This document shows positions 1 through 11,709 of a stretch of DNA of 64,000 nt, piece after piece. Source of the DNA: Antedon mediterranea. Its lineage: Eukaryota > Animalia > Echinodermata. Under the pieces are notes generated by a model. That model made no database searches and was not told the DNA's origin. It was given only the letters and a program-made list of their open reading frames with translations. The position numbers were made by a program, and so were the translations under genes. Each line of letters opens with the position of its first letter. Position 1 is the first letter of the stretch. The stretch lies in contig NC_092678.1 in the NCBI RefSeq assembly GCF_964355755.1, positions 4,480,422 through 4,544,421 of the forward strand, read 5' to 3'.

Positions 1-556
1 GGTATTTTCAATTGACCAATGTTGCACAAACTGACCATCACAAGAGACGCTTGACTTCACTTAATATTATATCATGAATGTAGACCTATTGTTGATCGTT
101 TCCGACCAAAATTCTATGAAATTGCTGATATAATTTGCAAAAAGGTACACGCTTTCTTCTTCCATACTACACGGCCTATGACATTTTATGTATAAGAATA
201 AAATAACCTTTTTTATTTATAATTAATTGCTTTTATTTTAAATTAATTGTTCAATTTTTTACATTTATTATTTTTATTATTTGTTATTTATTTATAGTTA
301 GGCCTATCGTAACTTAAATCTTTGCATTTCTTCGTCCTTTCTAAATTTGTCTTCACATTATGTTATATTAATTATTTCAAGATATGGAATATTTCATAAT
401 TATACTATTTCTTATGCAAGTTGGTGTTAAGCTGTGATTATTTTCTTTTACCTCTTATCACCTTTTGTCAATGATGATTGTTTATGTTGATTTTTGTTGG
501 CAATAAAGCACAGTAAAGGTTAAATTTATCTTAATGAATCTACTTTGTTCTTGCAG

Positions 557-2074
557 GGGTTGAACGTTTCTATTCGCATATTGAAAAAATGATCGGATTC
601 CGACCGAACATTTGGTGGAAATTATGTTGGGTGGGATTCACACCAGCTATTACAGCGGTAAATAAACTTTGGAAAGACCTATTCGATCATCCTGGCATTG
701 TCAAAATCATAATTCATGATTTAAGCAAAGATATTGATAAGAATTCTCAGAAAGCGTTTCTAATATAATATGAACGTGAATTTGCAATAAATCTGTGTTT
801 GATCTAATTGTTTTGACACTTATCGGAATTTTCTCTCGAAATTTGATAAAAATGATCGTGAAAATTCGTAAACATCCTAATTGCTTCGCGTAATAATTGA
901 TTTTTGTGTCACTTTGGAAATTGATTGCATTATAAAACGATCTTTATAATAATTGTATCGCAAATCTTACACATTGAATTGCAATCAAAAAGTAAATTAA
1001 ATATTCGTTTTTTAAACATAAATTACAGATCTTGCTAGAACTTCGTTTACGTTGTAATAATTGCCAGGTTTAACGTCATTGTGATCGGAATACTAAATCA
1101 TGTTTGCAATTTAAATGTTGACAAATCTTAAAGCAAAAATAATCATCTCTAAATAGCATATTGGTTAAACCCAGAAAGTCGTTAATTAACAAAACTCTCT
1201 GTAAAAATGAATAATAATATCACAGACCCTTGATAGCTTGCAGCCTCTTTCCAGGTAGTACCGGTTTTGAGATCTAAAAACCTGGTAGTCCGCATGTTCG
1301 AATTTCAACTTCTGTAATTTGTTTGTGTTTATATTAAATCGAATGTCTTGTTCACTTATTGTCCAATTCAAGTTTAGTTTTGGTCACTTGGTTTACCTGA
1401 GAGGCGTATTCAAATATATTCTAACATGATGACGTCATTCATTTTTTTGTACACAGGGTGTCTTCATATTTAGTTTGGTTAAGTATACGCCTCTGACGTA
1501 CGTGGATTACGTATACCCAGATTGGAGCTATGCTATTGGCTGGATGTTAGCGCTTAGCTCTATGCTGTGTATCCCAGGATACATGGTGTATATCTTGGCT
1601 AAAACACCTGGAACACTTCTGGAGGTTTGATTTTTTTATTTATTTTTCCAAGTTTAAATGAATATGATTCTGACGTTGATGACGTCGACGATTATTAGAA
1701 TGACAAATGATTGAAATGATAACGACGATGATGAGAGATAATAATAAGTATTTTGAGGACGAGGATGATAAAAGGAGGAACGCTGTAAATGTTTTTTTTA
1801 AATACTTTCAATAAAATGAAATTAACTCTTGAAGATGACGAACAACAATACTGTCCGGAGCGACACCGGTAGCATGCATCCGAACGCACTACTTTATGTA
1901 AATAAAATAATTTGATTCGATCAACAGCGCTTTCAGATCTGCATAACCCCACAATGGACTGAAGAAGATTACGCCAAGGGTATTGCGATAGACGATCACC
2001 GGCAAGTCATGTATACCAACGCCACACCCCCGGGATACCAAGAGGTAGTCAACACGGACGAATGTAAGGTTTAA
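557..2074 (+). CDS. SLC6 sodium/chloride-dependent neurotransmitter transporter, GABA/taurine/creatine subgroup; last three coding exons (5' part outside window)
   Basis: GT-AG exons 557-657, 1457-1624 and 1928-2074 join in frame: [98 protein letters not shown]...[15 protein letters not shown]. This matches TM11-TM12 and the C-tail of SLC6 transporters. Confidence 0.9.
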
Positions 2075-2355
2075 GACGCATCGTAAAATGTAAAACACAA
2101 ACCGAAGTTTGCCTACTGTTGTGGTACTACATGGTGTTCGGGCGCTACATAATGTCGCACGGCATGATGGTTGACGCGTTGAATATTGATGCGTTTCATA
2201 ATGTTGACGCGTTTCATAATGTTGACGCGTTTTTACGGTAATGTTGACACGTTTTTACGGCGTTATCGTTGTGTTCGCGCAACATACGGTATTTGAAATG
2301 CTATATATAGTGTGTATATTTTCCAATCAGATGGATGTGGTTGCGACCGAGTTCT

Positions 2356-2533
2356 AAAGCTCTGTCTACACTATCAAACTTTAAGTGATATGCCCAAATA
2401 TGGAAGTGATATGCCCAAATATGGAAGTGATATGCCCAAATATGGAAGTGATATGCCCAAATATGGAAGTGATATGTACAAATATATCACATGTTTTTGT
2501 CACATAAAGTTTGATAGTGCAGACAGAGCTTAA
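2356..2533. mobile_element. PIF/Harbinger-type MITE family A, with an internal 21-bp tandem expansion
   Basis: TIRs AGCTCTGTCTACACTATCAAACT...AGTTTGATAGTGCAGACAGAGCT flanked by TAA on both sides; internal (GATATGCCCAAATATGGAAGT) x4-5. Confidence 0.85.
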
Positions 2534-4816
2534 TTATACACGAGCTCGGTTACAATCGTAATGATAAAACTGTAGGAATTTAAAATTTATATATAAATAC
2601 ATTTTATTAGATAGCTGTGTAGATGTTAACAGTAAGTATTTTAAAACGATCAATCAACTAAAATACGGTTCATATTATATTAATAATCATTTATATTAAA
2701 ACATACCTCGTACACATTGTTGAATTTTATAATTAAAATGAACATTTTTATGCCTACTAAAATTGTGTATGTAGTATAACTAGATTCAATTTTAATAATA
2801 CAGGCAGCCATTTTCGCGTATATAACATTTTGTTACTAAACATACGACGTAAGATGGAGATTATTGTGTTATAATGTCATAAATATTGTGTATGATGGTT
2901 GAATTTTGGTAGATGTAGATGATATACTAGAATATATTACCAGATATATAATTATACATGTACTAGAGTGCATACGTTGAGTTAGTTGGAAATTAGATTT
3001 CATCCGAGATGGTATACACACCCTTCTCGTTGTATATCGTTGGATGAGCCGCCGTTCTGATTGTCTCGAATAAATGTATATGTGAGTAAATAATGTTAAG
3101 ATAAGTAAAATCATGCTCAAGGGTTATAGCCATGCTTAATTTACTCTAAGGTTGTCGTCGCCGCCGGTTGCATTGACCAAACGAGAGCAGTGACTGGTCA
3201 ACCACGTGGAGTCTTTGGCAATTTAAATCGTCATTAGCCACGTACGAAGAGGCACATGCGACGCGCCAGCGTACACAAAGTGCGCAAAACTAGGCATATA
3301 ACAGTATTTTTCAATGCGCACAAAGTGATTATCAAGTCGTTAGTTTTCTCAGAAATGGAAACGATTTTCTACAAAAATAATGTTTTATTTCACAGCTTAT
3401 GTTTAATATAGGCTACAGTATATCAAATTATTTTAGCATTTTAGTAGTTTTAAGAAATATCTAGATGTTATGCTCGCTGCATATTTTTAGCATAGAAAAT
3501 CAAGTTTATTGTCTGTGTGTCTATTTCTAGGTAATAAAAAAATACAGGGTTGACATTTGCCTACTTTATAGTTAGGTAGTTTGATATAGAATTGCAATAC
3601 ATTATGTAATAGTTTGAGTGACTTAATGTGATGTTGTTCGTTCATTAGAACATTTATAGTATAAAAAAGAATTGTGCAACATTTTCGTCATCGGCAACTT
3701 TGTAACAATTTGTTAACGGGCGCATTATTGATGTGGTTCCGCTTAGATGGTTTCGACTGACGAATCTGTATGACGTAACGATGTTTGTAATGTGGTCACG
3801 TGTATTGGTCTATATCCAAACTTTTATAGTAATTTTACAAAGTACTAGTATAATTTAATTGTATATAGAATTGAATTTTAGACAGTAAATCATTTAGATG
3901 CATGTAATTTCTTAAAGATAGTTATGGGGAGTCGGGTTTTGTCGTCAGAGATGAAAACTAGCCTGGCAGCTGGCCCTGGCTGCAATAATGACCGAATAAT
4001 AATATTATCAGCTTCCTTCCCGTCTTCTCTAGTTTTCCCATCGGAATTAAAAACATTTGGAAACAATTTCCCAATCGAAATTCTCCCATGTGATTGTTGT
4101 AATCTAAATTTCCATCGTGATATTCCTGGCAAATGTTATACTGTATAACTCGTTGTGTGGTTTTAATACAGCATTATGAAAACTGCTTTTAAGAAATTGT
4201 AAAAAATTAAAACAGTAGAAAATCAATCGAAATTGCCAGTTTGTAAGATTTCAAAGCAATGGTCTTTTCCTTTTAAACCTTTGACACAGATTCTAAATGA
4301 GGTTTTGTGTTGATATTTTTTGGTGGTCTGAACATGAGGGGCTTTATTTTTATAGATTGGTTTCGATTTTTAGGTTATTAGTTCCATATGGAATAATTGA
4401 TATTAATTATTTGCATGACTACCATCAGTACAGTCATAGAGATATTATAGTATATCTCTATGGTACAATTTTATAATTTTTTAATTACCATGTTGGCTCT
4501 CAACTTCCATTAATAATGATACGCAAAAACAATGAAAATAAACACTCAACTTAATAGAATTGATCAAAGTTTTTGTTTTTATTTAAAATATTACAGAACG
4601 TACATTTATTGTCTTGTTTCATTCTACAGTACCTATATTACACTAAAATCATTGATAATTAAATTGATTTAGACTTATTTTGAGTTACTCTTTGGAGGGA
4701 GGTGTAAAAAGTACCAAGAAGGGGGGGCGGGGCATTTCCCTATTTTGGCCAAATTATTCAATCTGCTGAACAGTCGATCCAGTTATTATTCATCTCTGTA
4801 TATATGAATGAATATC

Positions 4817-5120
4817 AAATTATTTGGTTTTCTTACTCCCTCTGTTTCTAAATTATTTGATTTATTTGGTTTTCTTACTTCCTCTGTTTCTAAATTATTT
4901 GGTTTTCTTACCCCCTCTGTTCCTATATTATTTGGTTTTCTTACTCCCTCTGTTTCTAAATTATTTGGTTTTCTTACTTCCTCTGTTTCTAAATTATTTG
5001 GTTTTCTTACCCCCTCTGTTCCTATATTATCTGGTTTTCTTAATCCCTTTGTTTCTAAATTATTTGATTTATTTGGTTTTCTTACTCCCCCTGTTTCTAA
5101 ATTGGTTTATCTGGTTTTCT
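4817..5120. repeat. ~33-bp minisatellite in the EBP 3' UTR, abutting the stop codon
   Basis: About 8-9 copies of TTTGGTTTTCTTACTCCCTCTGTTTCTAAATTA and variants. Confidence 0.9.
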
Positions 5121-6331
5121 TGGTCTTCCTGTTCCTTCCTGAACTCTCCTTCTCCTTCAGGTCATTCTGATCTTTTATTGTCTGTGCCTTACTCAGTTCT
5201 TTCCAAGATTGTATAATTAACAAAGTTGGAATAACTATCCAGAATGAATTCATGGAAATAAAGTAAAACCAAAAGTAGAATGGATCTCCGAAAGGTCCAT
5301 GAGTGAACCCATCCAACCACTCCACCATGAAATAGGCAATTGTACCTGAAACAAAATGATATATGAATTAGAAAGGTAGTGATAACAATATTAAATTCAG
5401 ATAATGATGCAGTGAGTATTGCAGCATGAACCTATCCGTAGGCCTACCATACACCTATCTATAGGCCTACCATATACCTATCCGTAGGCCTACCATACAC
5501 CTATCCATAGGCGTGCCTACCATATAGTTGTCCTAGGGAGACGATGATCCTCAGAGGGTGTCTGTAGGCTGCATTATTCAGGAATGCGTACATGATTAAG
5601 AAACATGCCGGCCCCTCTGTCCATGCAGTGATACTCTCAATGCTAACAATGCAACTGTCTGATCTGCAATAGAGATAAGAAGGTCAGTTTAGTACAACTC
5701 AGCAACAATAGACTTACTTTCTATGTATGTGTATGTATATGAAAATATTTCTTGTTTATAGGCTCTATACTAGTCCCTGAAAGGACACTAAACCATTGGA
5801 TTGGACACCAGAGAAGCAACTGTTTCCCTCCTGGTCAACTCTCCTGCTGGTAAATTGACCTCTACTTACATCACATAGCGACTATCCGCTTTACCCCATT
5901 CCTTCCCTGAAGCAAAGAAATACAAAAAAATAATACAATAATAATATTAATAAATAATATATAATATTAATAATAAATTAATTGTTATATAAAAGTCTAA
6001 GTATTGTTCTTCATTCAAATGTTTGTAGCAAGTATTACTTACATAATTGTGATAAAAAGCTTGAATCTTCTGCTACAGTTCTATGATATATGCTAAAATA
6101 CAACTCAATACTGCAATGTATAGTGCCTGATAGGCCAAACCATGCAATCATTAGTCGCTCACCCACCGATCGTGCACGCCTAGCTACCAGCCACGACAGA
6201 AGGAAGGCTAGCCCAAAGCCACTGAATGAAACGGTAAGAATTGTAGATACTTCAATGTCGTTTGGAACATACCCTGGTATATTTAAATCCCGTGGGTAAA
6301 AAGGGTGAATTAATGACGAATTTTTCACCAT
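5107..6331 (-). CDS. EBP: Emopamil-binding protein / 3-beta-hydroxysteroid delta8-delta7 isomerase, 4 coding exons, 235 aa
   Basis: Exons 6331-6043, 5906-5870, 5663-5521 and 5345-5107 total 708 nt in frame. Motifs: HPFYP...YVPND, GTIHCSIELYF, LWKEWGKADSRY, IESITAW..GP, VSLGQLYG..YF..EWLDGF.HG..GDPFYFWFYF..MNSFWIVIP. Confidence 0.93.
5429..5520. repeat. 23-bp minisatellite at the donor end of EBP intron 3
   Basis: About 4 copies of CCTATCCGTAGGCCTACCATACA. Confidence 0.8.
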
Positions 6332-6614
6332 TTTTTCAAGAGTTTACGTAATGTTTGTCGTTTGTAATCAGTGCAGTATGTAGATAGACTGGAGGAACTG
6401 TAAACTTTGTCACCCTGCTGAAAAGCTAATGCCAAAGGTCATGCATGTAATCAAAACAAAGTTTGCCTTCCATACTACTAAAGAAACTGATAAGGCCAAG
6501 GCTGGATGGATAACTACAATAGATAGAATCCAAATCCATCTACGTTATGCGCTATATACATGGATAGATTATCTAGGTGTATAATATAATATCTCTATGG
6601 GATTTGTTTGCGCA

Positions 6615-9600
6615 ATATGGAAGGCAAATAAAGTATTGATTTAGTGTTATGGAAGGCAAATGTCGTCAATAATAAGGTATTGATTCAGTATTATGGAAGG
6701 CAAAATTCGTCAATAAAAGGGTATAGATTCAGTATTATGGAAGGCAAATTTCGTCAATAACAGGGTATTGATTCAGTATTATGGAAGGCAAATTTCGTCA
6801 ATAACAGGGTATTGATTCAGTATTATGGAAGGCAAATTTCGTCAATAACAAGGTATTGATTCAGTATTATGGAAGGCAAATTTCGTCAATAGTGGGGTAT
6901 TGATTCAGCTTTATGGAAGGCAAATTTCGTCAATAACAAGGTATTGATTCAGTATTATGGAAGGCAAATTTCGTCAATAACAGGGTATTGATTCCGTATT
7001 ATGGAAGGCAAATGTCGTCAATAACAGGGTATAGATTCAGTATTATGGAAGGCAAATGTCGTCAATAACAGGGTATTGATTCAGTTTTATGGAAGGCAAA
7101 TTTCGTCAATAACAGGGTATTGATTCCGTATTATGGAAGGCAAATTTCGTCAATAACAGGGTATAGATTCAGTATTATGGAAGGCAAATGTCGTCAATAA
7201 CAGGGTATTGATTCAGTATTATGGAAGGCAAATTTCGTCAATAACAGGGTATTGATTCAGTATTATGGAAGGCAAATTTCGTCAATAACAGGGTATTGAT
7301 TCAGTATTATGGAAGGCAAATTTCGTCAATAACAGGGTATTGATTCAGTATTATGGAAGGCAAATTTCGTCAATAACAGGGTATTGATTCAGTATTATGG
7401 AAGGCAAATTTCGTCAATAACAGGGTATTGATTCAGTATTATGGAAGGCAAATTTCGTCAATAACAGGGTATTGATTCAGTATTATGGAAGGCAAATTTC
7501 GTCAATAACAGGGTATTGATTCAGTATTATGGAAGGCAAATTTCGTCAATAACAGGGTATTGATTCAGTATTATGGAAGGCAAATTTCGTCAATAACAAG
7601 GTATTGATTCAGTATTATGGAAGGCAAATTTCGTCAATAACAGGGTATGGATTCAGTATTATGGAAGGCAAATTTCGTCAATAGTGGGGTATTGATTCAG
7701 CTTTATGGAAGGCAAATTTCGTCAATAACAAGGTATTGATTCAGTATTATGGAAGGCAAATTTCGTCAATAGCAGGGTATTGATTCCGTATTATGGAAGG
7801 CAAATGTCGTCAATAACAGGGTATAGATTCAGTATTATGGAAGGCAAATGTCGTCAATAACAGGGTATTGATTCAGTTTTATGGAAGGCAAATTTCGTCA
7901 ATAACAGGGTATTGATTCAGTATTATGGAAGGCAAATTTCGTCAATAACAGGGTATTGATTCCGTATTATGGAAGGCAAATGTCGTCAATAACAGGGTAT
8001 TGATTCAGTATATGGAAGGCAAATGTCGTCAATAATAGGGTATTGATTCAGTTTTATGGAAGGCAAAATTCGTCAATAATAGGGTATTGATTCAGTATTA
8101 TGGAAGGCAAATTTCGTCAATAACAGGGTATTGATTCAGTATTATGGAAGGCAAATTTCGTCAATAGTGGGGTATTGATTCAGCTTTATGGAAGGCAAAT
8201 TTCGTCAATAACAGGTTATTGATTCAGTATTATGGAAGGCAAATGTCGTCAATAATAAGGTATTGATTCAGTATTATGGAAGGCAAAATTCGTCAATAAT
8301 AGGGTATAGATTCGTTATTATGGAAGGCAAATGTCGTCAATAATAGGGTATAGATTCAGTATTATGGAAGGCAAATGTTGTCAATAATAAGGTATTGATT
8401 CAGTATTATGGAAGGCAAAATTCGTCAATAATAGGGTATAGAATTCAGTATTATGGAAGGCAAATGTCGTCAATAATAGGGTATAGATTCAGTATTATTG
8501 AAGGCAAATGTCGTCAATAACAGGGTATTGATTCAGTATTATGGAAGGCAAATGTCGTCAATAACAGGGTATTGATTCAGTTTTATGGAAGGCAAATTTC
8601 GTCAATAACAGGGTATTGATTCAGTTTTATGGAAGGCAAATTTCGTAAATAACAGGGTATTGATTCAGTATTATGGAAGGCAAATTTCGTCAATATTAGG
8701 GTATTGATTCAGCATTAGGGAAAGCAAATTTCGTCAATAGTGGGGTATTGATTCAGCTTTATGGAAGGCAAATTATGTCAATAACAGGGTATTGATTCAG
8801 TATTATGGAAGGCAAATGTCGTCAATAATAAGGTATTGATTCAGTTTTATGGAAGGCAAAATTCGTCAATAATAGGGTATAGATTCAGTATTATGGAAGG
8901 CAAATGTCGTCAATAATAGGGTATAGATTCAGTATTATGGAAGGCAAATGTCGTCAATAACAGGGTATTGATTCAGTATTATGGAAGGCAAATTTCGTCA
9001 ATAACAGGGTATTGATTCAGTATTATGGAAGGAAAATGTCGTCAATATCAGGGTATTGATTCAGTTTTATGGAAGGCAAATTTCGTCAATAACAGGGTAT
9101 TGATTCAGTTTTATGGAAGGCAAATTTCGTCAATAACAGGGTATTGATTCAGTTTTATGGAAGGCAAATTTCGTCAATAATAGGGTATAGATTCAGTATT
9201 ATGGAAGGCAAATGTCGTCAATAATAGGGTATAGATTCAGTATAATGGAAGGCAAATTTCGTCAATAACAGGGTATTGATTCAGTTTTATGGAAGGCAAA
9301 TTTCGTCAATAACAGGGTATTGATTCAATATATGGAAGGCAAATGTCGTCAATAATAGGGTATTGATTCAGTTTTATGGAAGGCAAAATTCGTCAATAAT
9401 AGGGTATAGATTCAGTATTATGGAAGGCAAATGTCGTCAATAATAGGGTATAGATTCAGTATTATGGAAGGCAAATGTCGTCAATAACAGGGTATTGATT
9501 CAGTATTATGGAAGGCAAATTTCGTCAATAACAGGGTATTGATTCAGTATTATGGAAGGCAAATTTCGTCAATAACAGGGTATTGATTCAGTATTATGGA

Positions 9601-11470
9601 AGGCAAATTTTGTCAATAACAGGATATTGATTCAGTTTTATGGAAGGCAAATTTCGTCAATAACAGGGTATTTATTCAGTATTATGGAAGGCAAATGTCG
9701 TCAACAATAAGGTATTGATTCAGTATTATGGAAGGCAAAATTCGTCAACAATAGGGTATAGAATTCAGTATTATGGAAGGCAAAATTCGTCAACAATAGG
9801 GTATAGAATTCAGTATTATGGAAGGCAAATGTCGTCAATAATAGGGTATAGATTCAGCTTTATGGAAGGCAAATGTCGTCAATAACAGGGTATTGATTCA
9901 GTTTTATGGAAGGCAAATGTCGTCAATAATAGGGTATAGATTCAGCTTTATGGAAGGCAAATGTCGTCAATAACAGGGTATTGATTCAGTTTTATGGAAG
10001 GCAAATGTCGTCAATAACAGGGTATTGATTCAGTTTTATGGAAGGCAAATTTCGTCAATAACAGGGTATTGATTCAGTATTATGGAAGGCAAATGTCGTC
10101 AATAATAGGGTATAGATTCAGCTTTATGGAAGGCAAATTTCGTCAATAACAGGGTATTGATTCAGCATTATGGAAGGCAAATTTCGTCAACAAAAGGGTA
10201 TTGATTCAGTATTATGGAAGGCAAATTTCGTCAATAACAGGGTTTTGATTCAGTATTATGGAAGGCAAATGTCGTCAATAATAGGGTATAGATTCAGTAT
10301 TATGGAAGGCAAATGTCGTCAATAATAAGGTATTGATTCAGTATTATGGAAGGCAAAATTCGTCAATAATAAGGTATTGATTCAGTATTATGGAAGGCAA
10401 ATTTCGTCAATAATAGGGTATTGATTCAGTATTATGGAAGGCAGATTTCGTCATAAATAGGGTATTGATTTAGTATTATGGAAGGCAAATGTCGTCAATA
10501 ATAGGGTATAGATTCAGTATTATGGAAGGCAAATGTCGTCAATAATAAGGTATTGATTCAGTATTATGGAAGGCAAATTTCGTCAATAATAGGGTATTGA
10601 TTCAGTATTATGGAAGGCAAATTTCGTCAATATATGGGTATTGATTCATGAAGTATTATGGAAAATTTCGTCAATAATATGGTATTAATTCAGTATTATG
10701 GAATACAAATTTCGTCAATAATAAGGTATTGATTCAGTATTATGGAAGGCAAAATTCGTCAATAATAGGGTATAGATTCAGTATTATGGAAGGCAAATGT
10801 CGTCAATAATAGGGTATTGATTCAGTATTATGGAAGGCAAATTTCAGCAATAATAGGGTATTGATTCAGTATTATGAAAGGCAAATTTCATCAATAACAG
10901 GATATTGATTCAGTATTATGGAAGGCAAAATTCGTCAAATAACAGGGTATTGATTCAGTATTATGGAAGGCAAAATTCGTCAATAATAGGGTATAGATTC
11001 AGTATTATGGAAGGCAAATTTCGTCATAAATAGGGTATTGATTTCGTATTATGGAAGGCAAATTTCGTCAATAACAGGGTATTGATTTAGTATTATGGAA
11101 GGCAAATTTCGTCAATAAAGAGGTATTGATTCAGTATTATGGAAGGCAAATTTCGTCAATAATAAGGTATTGATTCAGTATTATGGAAGGCAAATTTCGT
11201 CAATAATAAGGTATTGATTCAGTATTATGGAAGGCAAATTTCAGTTATAATAGGGTATTGATTCAGTATTATGGAAGGCAAATTTCGTCAAAATCAGGGT
11301 ATTGATTCAGCATTATGGAAGGCAAATTTCGTTGATTCAGTAATATGGAAGTTCAAATAAGGTATGGATTCAGTATTATGAAAGGTAAAATTCGTCAAAA
11401 AAATATTTGATTATCAATAGTATAGAAGGCAAATTTCGTAAAAAAAATAATAGTCAGTATTATGTAAGGC
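6615..11470. repeat. 44-bp satellite array, ~110 copies, between EBP and BAP1
   Basis: Unit ATTATGGAAGGCAAATTTCGTCAATAACAGGGTATTGATTCAGT; degenerate at both ends; short inverted copies at ~6461-6475 and ~11495-11595. Confidence 0.97.
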
Positions 11471-11709
11471 ACAGTTCAATAATTATAAACGAAGAATTTT
11501 GCCATAATACGATAATACTGAATCAATGCTTTGACAAATTTTGCGTTCCATAATACTAAATTGTTTTTTTTTTTTCTTTTGACGAATTTTGCCCACCATA
11601 CCCATCTTTTATACTATGTAGGAGAGGCCTAGGAATCCAGAAATTCATTCTCGTTGTTTAAAGTAATGATTTAAAATTCAGTGTAATATAGTGCCACAAT
11701 TATTTTATT

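Noticed and set aside
4808-5216. Plus-strand hydrophobic repeat ORFs
   Set aside because: Antisense reading of the EBP 3' UTR minisatellite.
5346-6042. EBP as a truncated pseudogene
   Set aside because: Two small internal exons missed by the ORF track restore a full in-frame protein.
6615-11470. CRISPR-like array
   Set aside because: Units are head-to-tail with no unique spacers, there are no cas genes, and the context is eukaryotic.
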